From contig MRSU01003351.1 of the NCBI GenBank assembly GCA_008369845.1, positions 1-44,828 of the forward strand: a stretch of 44,828 nucleotides of DNA, written 5' to 3'. The position numbers and the translations under genes were made by a program. Source of the DNA: Trichomonas gallinae. Its lineage: Eukaryota. Below, one piece after another: positions 19,001 through 30,204 of this stretch (positions are counted from its first letter, which is position 1; every line of letters starts with the position of its first letter). The notes under the pieces were generated by a model. That model had not been told where the DNA came from. It worked only from the letters and a program-made list of their open reading frames with translations, and searched no databases.

Positions 19001-19946
19001 TTTATGGGTTAAATTAATAGTTTTGTTTGCGGATAACGATTATTTCCCAAATGATAATTTGTGTATTACTATTCATTATTTAATAAACTATTTCGACAAC
19101 TATTATTTTTTAGAAGTATTGAATTTATTTTTTCATAAGAAGTGTAAAATGTTTTCTGACAAGGCATTTCAAAAAGTCCCATATGTAATATCATCGATTG
19201 ACTAAATATTACTAATCTATATTCGTTAATTCTGATTTTTAAACTGACGTCAGAATCTTAAGAACCTGAAGATACAATTATAATTTTGATTGATTTGGAT
19301 TTATCATATGATATATATTCATATTTTATCAATATAAAATTTTGACATAAAGATTTAAGCAAATCATTTTATCTTTTTGTTCCAACTACCCTTGGACTCT
19401 TAAATTATTACTGCTATCTTTATTATTGAAAAATCTTCTCTTGAACATTTATGACTCTGCCAATTTTTTTAACCCCCAAAAAAATCTTTTGGAAATTATG
19501 ACATCATTGAAAATGGTCCATAAAAGCATATCTGCGGTTTTTCCTTTATCTTCCAATAATTTTTTTTTTCTGTTGAACTTTAGTTACTATACAACCTATA
19601 TGTGATAAAAATGTATAAAGGTGTGATTGAAAATTTGTGATTCGCGTAAAAATGTAAATTGAAAATTCAGGGAAGTCTAAATCAAAAGCGTCAAAACATT
19701 TTTAAAAGGAAAGAATCGATGTCATTTGATACGTGTATACGTCCAAATTCCAAAAATGACTCCATAATGAGCATGGTCAAAATCAATTTATTAATTTCAT
19801 TGACCATTGAAAATGATTGAAAGATCTTGTCAAATCATAGATTTTTTATATCCCAACTCAAAAAATCCTGTCCTATATCGTGTATAGATAAGAATTGTAA
19901 CAATTATCTTTGATTGATTCAACTATTCAATTTCATTTTAAGATAA

Positions 19947-19957
19947 TCACTTCATTT
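19947..19957 (+). promoter_or_regulatory. Tandem initiator (Inr)-like motif TCACTTCATTT
   Basis: Ends 7 nt before ATG 19964 and matches the trichomonad Inr consensus TCA(Y)(W). The same 11-mer precedes the Vps2 gene. Confidence 0.6.
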
Positions 19958-19963
19958 CTCAAG

Positions 19964-22900
19964 ATGGAAGAGGTTCAGACTATAACTACACTTACCAATA
20001 CTGATTATTCAAGTTCAATGGATAGTAGAATCGAGAAATTAATCGATATTCCAATCACAACAAAGATCACAAATAATCTTATCGATCTTTTCAACTACTT
20101 GGATATATATGCTCCTCACATGAACATAGTATATAGCATTGTCAGTGTATTGAGATTCTTGCAACTGTTCGGAGGCGCTGTTATGGCCGACGATTACCAT
20201 TATTTCGCTCCAGGAACATTAAATTACAAAACAATGAGCATATTCTCAGTCCTATTCCATATCCTTCCACTAGACCTGCGTGATGACAATGAGCACTATA
20301 TGCTACTTGCTGTTTCAAGCTTCCTTTTGATAATGGCAATTTATCTGATATTTACCGCGCATCACTATTCAGTGAAAAGCGAAGTTCCAAAGACAAGAAT
20401 CTACATAATATCTATTTATATGGCTATATTTCCACTGCTTTTGCTTCCAGTTCTTGCAGAATTCAGTGGTTTATTAATTTCACAATTTTCCGTCAAAGAG
20501 ATTTCAGTCATAAAAATCGCTGCCGTAGCATTATCACTGTTCACAACTATCATTTACGTCCTCATTTTCATCAAAACATACACTACGACGCTGATTTTCA
20601 GATCGATAAGCTTCCAGACTTTGGAAGGCGCACCACAGAACAAGCTCATCATCACAACAATACTGATAACGTTTCTATGCGCTGTTACAACAGAACTAGA
20701 CAAAATTCCTTCAATTATTTGTATCGTGGTGGCACTTTTGGAATACGTTTATTTGATATCAACCGTTTTCAACTGCGGCACTTTTGTTTCAACTCGGAAT
20801 CAGTCATTAATCTTAGGAAGCTCTTTGTTTGGCATCATATTATGCCTCGGAAACATTTGTTTGATAATCTTCGAGTTCCAATTCAAGGAATGGTACTTTG
20901 CTGCCTTCTTCGGACTCGGATTCGTGACAATTGGATTATCAAGCGTATTCATTAAGAGAAGAGCTAAAAATGACTTGGTTATGCTAGATGAAGTCGAATC
21001 GATGAGAGATATAGAAAATATTAAAACAGTTGGAAAATTCAAACAAATACTCATCACGGGATTCAATTCATGTCATCCAGTATGCATGGACTTTTCTATA
21101 TTCAAGCTTGCAATAGACAAATGGTCCACGAATCTAAGCGTATGGGCTGTTTACGCGAAATTTGCTTCGATTTATCCTGAATTGACGAACACAATTGTCT
21201 TCATTTCCTCGAATGTACAGATGCTTAAGTCGAAATCCTCCCATATAAAGATAATCACTGCAGGCATAAGAAACATTGTCAATACAAGAGAGACGAGATT
21301 CACGCCTGAAATCAAGAAGAAAATCTCTAAAATTACAAAGAAATTTATGAAAACGAAAAACAGACTGAGAAACATTTGGGACTTGATTTTGCAGGGGGCA
21401 ACACATGATATGAGCGCTTCGATCAAATCGGCCTATAAATCAGTTGAAGAAGCAGAGAGTGACATTAACTATTTAGCCACTCTTTATCCTAACAACAGAT
21501 TCGCTGCGAGACAAAGCGCGAAGTTTTTATACGAAATCAAAGGCGACATAGTTGGATACAAGAAGAAGATCGACGAAATAAACAGGTTGACTAGAGGATT
21601 AAGAGTCTGCCCAGATGTTGTTCATGAGTTGGGAATCAACGCTTTCCCAGATATTCCTGAAGTTTCGATTGAAACACAAACAGATAACAATCCTTGCTCT
21701 GTAAATCAGTTCGAGACAGAAAGTTTGAATATTGATGACATTTCGATTTCAGATGAAGCTTCTCTCAACGCTTATAAGTCTATCACTCAGTCAATAGAAA
21801 CCCACAAGATCCCAGAAATTTCATTTATGTATACATCAACGATAATGCATTATATTTTTTTGGTTTTACTGCCAATGTTATTGCTTCCTATAATGTTCTT
21901 CATTTACTCCAAAGAACTCAAGGATCCGATCGAATACATGCAAGGTATAGCATTCACAAGGAACTTTGTTAACATGATGCCAGCTTATGTTGGAAAGCTT
22001 CTCTTACAGTACATGCCAGATCCAGATAATCCATCAGAGATGATTTTGGCGCCAGCAAGATTATCATCTAATTTCCACTTCACTTCTTACGGTGGAAAAA
22101 GAAACACAAGAGACATCTGCAGGTATTTCGCCACTGGCATTGCTGAGTCAAGTGCTATGGTTGCTCCACTGAGGAATTTTAAGTATGGAAACAAACACAT
22201 CAATAAGATCAGAAACGAGATTTTCACGACAAATTTGAAATTCTTCTTCTATAGAAACGTCAATGATGTTGAAGATTCTTTAGCTTCAGCCATCCAAATC
22301 TCATTCATGGTTGCTTCTAATGTAGGAAAGTTAGTTGACTATCCAGTAATTACCCCTGAAGTCGCAAAAGGTTCTTATTCTTTGAACGCGAGAAACAACA
22401 ACAATTTAATCACAACGGCTTTCAACAATGCTCTGACAGAATTAGTTTCTTACATCCAAGACAATTATGTTTATTACTCGAAAATATTCATGATGGGCTT
22501 GATTACTTTAATTGTTGTCAATTTTCTTATCTTCCTTATGATTTATGTGATGCAAGTCAGAAAATTGAAATCGAACAAAGTTTTTATCTACAAGTCATTA
22601 ACCGAGCTTCCAAAAACAGTTATTTCCAATGTCTCGAGCACATTCAACAAGATCAAGAGCGAAGCTGTTTCGACAAAGAGCGAAAATGGATCAAGGAATG
22701 ACATGGAGCTGTCAAGACAAGAAGAAAGCATCATCAAGCTTTTCTCGTCAATTTCAGATGGGGACCAATCATCTGGAGAAATTTTCGCTTTGTTCATGTT
22801 CGCATTGATTTTCATTTTCTCTTGCATCACTTTCTATTTCTCAGCTCATTGCTTCACAGCTGCCTCTGAGACAGTTTACTACAACTGCCACCACATCAAT

Positions 22901-24613
22901 TATTTATACGGATCAATCACATTCTTGTTTTCAATCTATTCTAGATTATGGAAGATTGTTTTGGAAAAAGCTCATCCATCTTTCGCTGGAAGTTGCGCAA
23001 ATGTCACAGATGAAGCGAATAACATTGACAGAATTATTGGAATTCAGTCCTCCTATTTCCTTGCAATCAGATTTGGAGGAAGTGACCAACGCGAAGTTCC
23101 TTTCGAAGGAATGAAAGCAGCAGTCAAAGCAGCAAACCAATTCCTGTCTTGCCAAACAACAGAGCCACCAACAGACATGATTGACTCTGTCCACTGCTTC
23201 ACATCAACGCAGCAGCTGTATTTCATAACATCTTATTTGAAGAGAATAAGCTCAGCGATGCACGAAAATCCACCAAGATGGCCAACTCCAAATGGCGACG
23301 GAGTAGGAGAAACATGGCAAATGGGACCAGTTGAACTTTACGAAGTTTTCTTCTATCCAACAGGCACAAAACTTGTTCCAACGATGATTGAAAACATAAA
23401 TGAAGAAGGAATGAAAATTGTGAGAGTTGCTATAATTTTCGCCGTTCTGACATTAATTTGCGTCGTTACAATAATTATGGCAATAAGAATGGAAGAGAAA
23501 CTGATGAGATTCACAATGAAACAATTGCTTCGATGCCCAGCAAATGTCATACTTGAAAACAACAAGTTAATGCAATTGATTTCAGGCCAATATTCCAAGG
23601 AAGAAGAGATCAACGCAGATAAATATGCCTGGTTCACAAATGAAGTCATCAACAAGTTGGATGAAGTCGTAATTGTTTGCCAGGATGAAACAGGAAAGAT
23701 TATCTCTGTCAACAACACATTCGAGAACATGTTTGGCATTGAGTACAAAGAAATCGAAAACAAGTCTATCAAAGAGTTCTTCACGCCAGAAAGATTCCTG
23801 TGTGATGTCAAACTCGATCGTGTTTTCCTTCATCCAACAATTGTCAAATTCAAGAAAGCTAACGGAGAAAAGGTTTACCTTGAATTCTCCAATACAACGA
23901 TAAGTGGAAACAGGATCTATTCAGGCAGAAACATTACGCAGAATCTTATGCACGAAAAACTCATAAGAGACGAAAAATATAAATCTGACAAAATGCTTGC
24001 ATCGATTTTGCCACCAAACTTAGTTGCGAGAGTTCAAGCGGGAGAAAAGAACATTTCATTCTCAGTCCAATCAGCAACAATTTTGTTCCTAGATGTTGTT
24101 GAATTCACACCATGGTGTGGCTCACATGATGCACAGTATGTGATGAGAATGTTGAATATAATGTTCAAAGAATTCGATGCAATAACTAATGCGCATAAAA
24201 CAATGACAAAAATTAAGTGCATTGGAGATTGTTACATGGCAGCTGGTGGCATATTTGATGAGATCAACCAGCCGGCTGTTCATGCTAAAGAAGCTGTTGA
24301 CTTCGGTTGTCTTGTCATCAAGAAATTATTCGAAATTGATCAACAAGAAAATGAAAAACTAAGAATCAGAGTTGGAGTCAATACAGGAGGACCAATTGTT
24401 GCTGGCGTTATTGGAGTAGAGAAACCAACATTTGAGATTCTAGGCCCAGCAATAAGCATAGCTCATGAGATGGAGCACCACGGTGTGCCGATGAAAGTTC
24501 ATATTTCGAGGCCTGTTTATGAACTAATTTATGGCCAACAGTTTGATATCAAAGAAAGAGGAGAAATTGATGTCAAAGGCGGGAAAATGTTTACTTATTT
24601 AGTCGAACCATGA
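19964..24613 (+). CDS. Transmembrane adenylate/guanylate cyclase (class III) with PAS-like domain
   Basis: Many hydrophobic TM segments, PAS-like 'VIVCQDETGKIISVNNTFENMFG' and catalytic motifs 'ILFLDVVEFT', 'KIKCIGDCYMAAGG', 'IRVGVNTGGPIVAGVIG' and 'VKGGKMFTY'. The first ATG is 19964 (the track starts at TTG 19910). Confidence 0.95.
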   Translation: MEEVQTITTLTNTDYSSSMDSRIEKLIDIPITTKITNNLIDLFNYLDIYAPHMNIVYSIVSVLRFLQLFGGAVMADDYHYFAPGTLNYKTMSIFSVLFHILPLDLRDDNEHYMLLAVSSFLLIMAIYLIFTAHHYSVKSEVPKTRIYIISIYMAIFPLLLLPVLAEFSGLLISQFSVKEISVIKIAAVALSLFTTIIYVLIFIKTYTTTLIFRSISFQTLEGAPQNKLIITTILITFLCAVTTELDKIPSIICIVVALLEYVYLISTVFNCGTFVSTRNQSLILGSSLFGIILCLGNICLIIFEFQFKEWYFAAFFGLGFVTIGLSSVFIKRRAKNDLVMLDEVESMRDIENIKTVGKFKQILITGFNSCHPVCMDFSIFKLAIDKWSTNLSVWAVYAKFASIYPELTNTIVFISSNVQMLKSKSSHIKIITAGIRNIVNTRETRFTPEIKKKISKITKKFMKTKNRLRNIWDLILQGATHDMSASIKSAYKSVEEAESDINYLATLYPNNRFAARQSAKFLYEIKGDIVGYKKKIDEINRLTRGLRVCPDVVHELGINAFPDIPEVSIETQTDNNPCSVNQFETESLNIDDISISDEASLNAYKSITQSIETHKIPEISFMYTSTIMHYIFLVLLPMLLLPIMFFIYSKELKDPIEYMQGIAFTRNFVNMMPAYVGKLLLQYMPDPDNPSEMILAPARLSSNFHFTSYGGKRNTRDICRYFATGIAESSAMVAPLRNFKYGNKHINKIRNEIFTTNLKFFFYRNVNDVEDSLASAIQISFMVASNVGKLVDYPVITPEVAKGSYSLNARNNNNLITTAFNNALTELVSYIQDNYVYYSKIFMMGLITLIVVNFLIFLMIYVMQVRKLKSNKVFIYKSLTELPKTVISNVSSTFNKIKSEAVSTKSENGSRNDMELSRQEESIIKLFSSISDGDQSSGEIFALFMFALIFIFSCITFYFSAHCFTAASETVYYNCHHINYLYGSITFLFSIYSRLWKIVLEKAHPSFAGSCANVTDEANNIDRIIGIQSSYFLAIRFGGSDQREVPFEGMKAAVKAANQFLSCQTTEPPTDMIDSVHCFTSTQQLYFITSYLKRISSAMHENPPRWPTPNGDGVGETWQMGPVELYEVFFYPTGTKLVPTMIENINEEGMKIVRVAIIFAVLTLICVVTIIMAIRMEEKLMRFTMKQLLRCPANVILENNKLMQLISGQYSKEEEINADKYAWFTNEVINKLDEVVIVCQDETGKIISVNNTFENMFGIEYKEIENKSIKEFFTPERFLCDVKLDRVFLHPTIVKFKKANGEKVYLEFSNTTISGNRIYSGRNITQNLMHEKLIRDEKYKSDKMLASILPPNLVARVQAGEKNISFSVQSATILFLDVVEFTPWCGSHDAQYVMRMLNIMFKEFDAITNAHKTMTKIKCIGDCYMAAGGIFDEINQPAVHAKEAVDFGCLVIKKLFEIDQQENEKLRIRVGVNTGGPIVAGVIGVEKPTFEILGPAISIAHEMEHHGVPMKVHISRPVYELIYGQQFDIKERGEIDVKGGKMFTYLVEP

Positions 24614-24998
24614 TTTATTATAAAATTTTGTTTGTATATTTTTGAAAATTCTAAATATTTAATATCATTGATTCACAACATCAAATTCATGTTATATAGT
24701 TGATCAAATGTACTATACCAAATTATAAGATGCATATTTGATAATGAAATTTGAAATCATTATAAATATATTGAAAATGCAAGATAAAAGATTGATATAT
24801 ACATCATATTATTGATGTATACAATATGGAACCTATCATATTTTGAAAAAATTATATTTTTGTAATAACTTTAAGTATTTTATCAATGTTATATGGATAA
24901 AAGTGAAAGTATTTAGATATAGATTAATGTTGTGCAGAACAATTTTGTAATGATATAATTATGTGATGTTTTTACAAATATTAGGGGTTTTGAGGTGA

Positions 24999-25661
24999 TT
25001 ATGAGAGTCTGACATCACCATTCTTAGAGATGTGACCAATAATACTGACATCGTCGTCATCATCGTGGAACGATACAAATTCGTCTTGTGAATTGTCTTC
25101 ATTCAAGATTTTCCCGAAGAATTCAATCTTATTTAAGGCCATACATGGTGGAAATCCTGGACATGGCTCGTTTTGAATAACTCTGATGTAATTTGCTGTG
25201 TAAGTCTTATCAAAATTGTATGTTTTTTCCTTGCAGCGTCTCATTTCATCGTCTTTTTCAACCCTGTGGACTTCTGTCCATGTTTTGTTATCATCCGAAA
25301 TCTGCAAAGACCAGCTGTAAAGACAGCAGTCGAAGCAGCCGTAATAGTCATCATCACAGCAGCAACCGTCATAGCAGCATCCGCATCTGATGAAATATCC
25401 GTTGAAATTGAATTTCTTTCTCTCCAATGAGAAAGAAATCCATGGATGGACATCATATGACCTGCCACAGTTTGAGCACCAGTCGTAGCTTTTATCAAAT
25501 GGATAAATAGCATATTCTGGTTTTGTTAGCTGCATCGATCCATTTATATATTGTTTGGATGACCCGCTGACATCAACAACGATAATTTTATCGTCATAAT
25601 AGCGTGAAAAGATTCCATCACTATTCGAACTCGTTGATAATGAAAACAACAAACTCAGCAT
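24999..25661 (-). CDS. Secreted discoidin/F5-8 type C-like protein with Cys-rich insert (220 aa)
   Basis: Short signal peptide 'MLSLLFSLSTS' and discoidin-like motifs 'WCS', 'PWISF', 'SWSLQISDDNKTWTEVH', 'YIRVIQ' and 'LNKIEFFG'. Confidence 0.8.
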   Translation of the reverse strand: MLSLLFSLSTSSNSDGIFSRYYDDKIIVVDVSGSSKQYINGSMQLTKPEYAIYPFDKSYDWCSNCGRSYDVHPWISFSLERKKFNFNGYFIRCGCCYDGCCCDDDYYGCFDCCLYSWSLQISDDNKTWTEVHRVEKDDEMRRCKEKTYNFDKTYTANYIRVIQNEPCPGFPPCMALNKIEFFGKILNEDNSQDEFVSFHDDDDDVSIIGHISKNGDVRLS

Positions 25662-26941
25662 TTGGCACTTTTCGAGGTTGTCACTTTTGTATTCGGCACT
25701 TTTCTTCGATTAAGGTTAATTTTCTCCAAAACTTGTTTTCTATACATGGCGAACTTCTCTCAAGTGGAACTAAGGATGTCGGGATATCCCCATCCAACCT
25801 AAAGTGATCTCCCTTAAGCATGCGGCGGTTATACGAAAAATACGTTATTGAGATGAAAATACCAATATCCTTGGTGGAACAGAATCTACACACGTAATAT
25901 ATCCCATTTTCATCTAATTGAAAAATGAAATTTAATCTGTGTTGTTATTGTATTGGTATTAAGTCACTGTAACTTAAATAATGCGTCATATACTTGAAAA
26001 GCAGATGAATTATCATTATATAAAGTCAGTAAACCATTTCTTGCAATCCAATGCGATCGTTTTATGGCATTTAAATGGATCAATGATATTTAACATAATG
26101 ATTACGCAGCTATATATGGCATAGAATTAGAACATGTCGCTTGATACAGGATTTTCTCTAAATCTAATTGAAGAAGATGTAATTTTTATCAACTTTTATC
26201 TAACAACAGCAAAAACAGAGCTTATAAAGCTAGTAGATTTTATATTTTAAATCATAATGCTTTTTCCGGTCAATAAAAAGTTCTCTGAAAATGTTCCTTC
26301 AAAATTAATCCTTTGAATTCCCTCAAAAATATAAAATTATCGTGAATTCAAAAGTTGATATTACGGATTAATTACTAAATATAAGAATAGTATCAAAATA
26401 TTATCAATTTAAAATTTTAAATGAAACTTTCGATTATTATCACTTCAAAATCGAAAAATTCAGAAATTAAATCTTATATTATATAATAAAACATTTTTAA
26501 CATTTCAAAATAAGCTTTTACGCCCGTATAACGTTTATATTTTGAGGAGTATTGAATATCACTTTTCAGTAATTATCAAAAGTAAAAATTAATATAATTA
26601 TTATTGTTTTCGTGTTTTATATATTTTTACACTTCGTGGCATAAAAAATTTTCCAATTATATTTGAAATTTTTATTCATATATTGGAATAGATTAAAAAT
26701 TTATATATAAATAATTGAGATGATTTTACAGGCGCAGAAGCGGTTAACATTGAATAATAAATAATCATTGATATATCGATTTTGCATAATAACCTGTATA
26801 TATCATTATTTTTATCACCAATTTAAAAAAAAAAATTGATTCGTCTCTGAAAAATCATTTTTGTTTTAAAAATAGCATCTACACACATTAAAGAAGATAA
26901 TAAAATAAAAATTTAAACGCATTAAAAAACTTTTTACATAA

Positions 26942-29112
26942 ATGAATTCGAAGCGACAGAAATCATTACGTATAGTTTTATTTTCTAACAAACAGAGTCA
27001 TTTCAAGCCAACATTGACACCAAGTTAGAGTCAGTTTTGAAGTCTGAATGGGTTTTTAAGCAGAATTCGAAGGGAAAATATGAAAAGAGTTTTTTTGTTG
27101 CGACAACAGCTGCTCTTTATATTACCACACAGTCGGGATTATGGAATACAGTCAAAATTAAGAACATTTGTCCCTGGGTTGATCTTAAATCAATACATGT
27201 TCTTGATCATAACGAAGTTTTGTTCCAATTCGACGGAATAAAGCTCCGCATTAGAAAAGATGATGCTATTTCTCTAATTACTCCAATTGTGTCATTCTTA
27301 AAAGCTTTGCTTGTCGATACTGAAGAAGTAGAGTACAATATTCCGTTTTCAGTCCCACCATCATCTCTCCCTAAGGACCAATTCATCCACCTCTTTGTGT
27401 CTTGCTCGCTTTCCCTTGAAAATCGACCAAATTCGAAAATTTTACAACCAATGAAGAAGAATTTGTTGAAAAATATGCCTCTCACCATGGTAATCGGACC
27501 AATGGACCTTAAGTTTACAGCGGCGTTTTGTCGATCTTTGAGTTTAACAAGGAACGTTCAAAAATTAATCGTCGGAGGACTTCATTTCACTAATCTATAC
27601 GGTTCTCTCAGTATTGTGATCAAGCAGAATCCAACGCTTGAGGACATTACCATTCAAAATCACCAATCTGCGACAGATTTCAAGAAATTCGTTGAGAGCA
27701 TTCCAAATTCTGGCATCAGGATATTAAGATTCATCGACTCATTGTTCACACGTGAAATGGCACAAACACTCGTTACAATTAATCTTCCATCGAATATAAA
27801 ACACATTAAATTCTCAAATTGCAACCTTACACCGCAAGCATATGAAGTTTTCTTCAACAATGTTACATCATTTTCGAAATTAAACTGCCTTGAAATATGC
27901 AAGGATGAACATAAGATGCCAGATTACTTAATTCCGAAGCTCCTCACATTTGTCTCTGATGCAGAAATCGAGCAGATCAAATTGAAGAAGATGGATGTTG
28001 ACTTATACGTAATTATGAAATCAATTTCAAGTGATTCACTTTATTTAACGAAAATGAACCTCTCTCACAACTACTGTTCGAAAGTGCCAGAGAATGGCTT
28101 CTCTTTCCCGCTGACTCTCACCAAACTCGCTTTAAGAGATGTTTTGTGGAAAGACGAATCATTGGCACAGTTCTTAGCTCTCCAGCCATTCAGCTCCAAT
28201 GTTAAAATCGACTTCTCCAATGCTCAGTTCCCAAAGCCAACCATCAACCCGCTGAATTCGCTGCCGAGCTCGCCAACACATTCCAGCTTCCAGCACGTGA
28301 AGTGGAACAAGAATCCTATGACTGTCAAACTCCTGGAACTTTTCGCAAACACGAAAACTCTCAAAACAGTCTATTTCGATGAATGCAGACTCTTCAACGA
28401 AGACAGAGCGCAAATCCTTGCAGCAATGTCTAGTTTCTTGAATGTTTCAAAGCTCCAAAAACTATCTGTCACAAAGACATTCAAAAGCTACAGAGCAGAT
28501 GGTTTGACAGCATTACAAGCTGTTTTGTCATCGCATAAGACTCTTCAGTATTTCAATTACTCAGGCAACAACATCGGAGATGAAGGCTTGCAAGTATTAG
28601 GCCAGATTTTGACGCAAAACAAAAGCATCGAATATCTCAGAGTCGATGACTCAAACTTAACTGATCCGAATGTTTTCCTCGAGTTTTTGAGGTCATTGAC
28701 TAAAGTTGAGAATCTTGTTCATGTATCAAAGCCAAGAAAAGACATGAAAGCTTTGTGCAAGACCAACAAAGCGGCTGAAGGTCCCATCAAGCAGTTATGG
28801 GATGCTTTGTCTCAGGAAAACGAAAGGAAGTGGCAAGAATCGCAAAATCTCAGTGAGATGTCTTTCTTCTCTACAGGTGTCTTCTCAACAATAGATAGCT
28901 CAACTTCAGGATACGAAACATTCAGGCAGATTCCGATTGAAACTACGTGGGATATTACAGTTGACATCGGATATTTACCGAACAACTGGGAATACGAAGA
29001 AATTACTTTTTCGTACGATAAGATTCTTAACACGAATCTTCCGATATTAGAAGAAGATGAATTCCAATCCCTTGATCCATCGAACATTTTGGACCTTCAA
29101 GAAATAATTTAG
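26942..29112 (+). CDS. CARMIL-like PH + leucine-rich repeat protein; two exons 26942-26969 and 26996-29112 (714 aa)
   Basis: Removing the 26-nt intron joins ATG 26942 in frame to the 27037 ORF (MNSKRQKSLQSFQANIDTKLESVLKSEW...). RI-like LRRs such as 'TLQYFNYSGNNIGDEGLQVL' and an N-terminal PH-like region. Confidence 0.85.
26970..26995 (+). other. 26-nt spliceosomal intron, short trichomonad (type B) class
   Basis: GTATAGTTTTATTTTCTAACAAACAG: GT donor plus fused branch point/acceptor TCTAACAAACAG. Removal restores the frame. The unspliced frame stops at TAG 27026-27028. Confidence 0.88.
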
Positions 29113-29390
29113 TGCTCTCTTTTTATTTTAAATAAATAATATGTTTGTATGTTTTTTCAAAACTAACACATTTATTTGATCGAAATACCATTAGCATAAA
29201 GCTTATTTTTGATTAAGTCGCTGACCTCTATTCCAGGAACCATGAGAAGTCGTTTGACAAATAAAACACAAAATATTATTTACGTGGCATTCAGTATAAT
29301 GACAAGTTTATTAGACCCTAAATAAGCTTTGAAAGAAAAGTAATCGGGATTCATCCCCTAGTCAATGAATTAAAAACGTTCAAAATTTAG

Positions 29391-29870
29391 ATGACCAGCA
29401 AAGAGGCGAAAGGACGTGGTGAGCTTTCTGAAGAGCAGCGCCAGGAGATCAGAGAGGCATTCGACCTCTTCGATACAGATGGATCTGGCTCAATTGATGC
29501 TAAAGAGCTCAAAGTTGCAATGAAGGCCCTCGGCTTTGAACCAACAAAGGAAGAAATCCGTCGTATGATCTCCGATGTTGATACAGATGGCACTGGAGCT
29601 ATCAGCTTCGCTCAATTCCTTCAGATGATGACTAAAAAGATGGAAGAGCGTAATCCAGAAGATGAAATCAGAAAAGCATTCCGTCTTTTCGATGATGACA
29701 ACACAGGCCGCATTTCTTTCAAGAACTTGAAGCGCGTTTCCGTCGAACTCGGCGAAAATCTTACAGATGAAGAACTTCGTGAAATGATTGAAGAAGCTGA
29801 CCGTGATAACGATGGTGAAGTTTCATACGAAGAATTCGTCCATATCATGAAGAAGACATCGCTCTTCTAA
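29391..29870 (+). CDS. CETN: Centrin (caltractin), four-EF-hand basal body protein
   Basis: '[38 protein letters not shown]' and C-terminal 'KKTSLF' are centrin signatures. Confidence 0.97.
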   Translation: MTSKEAKGRGELSEEQRQEIREAFDLFDTDGSGSIDAKELKVAMKALGFEPTKEEIRRMISDVDTDGTGAISFAQFLQMMTKKMEERNPEDEIRKAFRLFDDDNTGRISFKNLKRVSVELGENLTDEELREMIEEADRDNDGEVSYEEFVHIMKKTSLF

Positions 29871-30204
29871 AATAAAATATTTTTATTTGGTAGATTAAAT
29901 CAAAATCACTCGTTTAATTGTCACATGTGACTCATGTCTGATCTAATTCTGCATAAATCGAATTTCTGTTAATGAATTTTCAACAATTTACCAACAATAG
30001 CGTTTTTAATGAAATTCACTTTAAAATTATGATTCTAACATCTTTCTCTATCATATTATTGTTATATTTTGCTTTCAATAAATGTATTTAGAAAATGATA
30101 ATTTTTGTCTGTGAGAATAAAGAACTGTTTTGATGAGAGAATAAAATAAAATCGTATTTTAAAATTAACAACTAAAACAATCATAATATTTGTGATTTTT
30201 CGTC

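Noticed and set aside
19910..19963. TTG/GTG-initiated N-terminal extensions in the ORF track (also 14182, 27037, 39523, 41799)
   Set aside because: These are prokaryotic start-codon artefacts. Nearby ATGs give the plausible eukaryotic starts, some with Inr-like motifs and one reached by splicing.
26095..26145. DYAAIYG ankyrin-like peptide in intergenic DNA (similarly DYGADVE on the minus strand near 18350)
   Set aside because: Too short, with no flanking repeat residues to support a relic call.
29161..29175. ACTAACACA branch-point-like string
   Set aside because: Lies in the 3' flank of the LRR gene, is not followed by CAG, and no exon needs joining.
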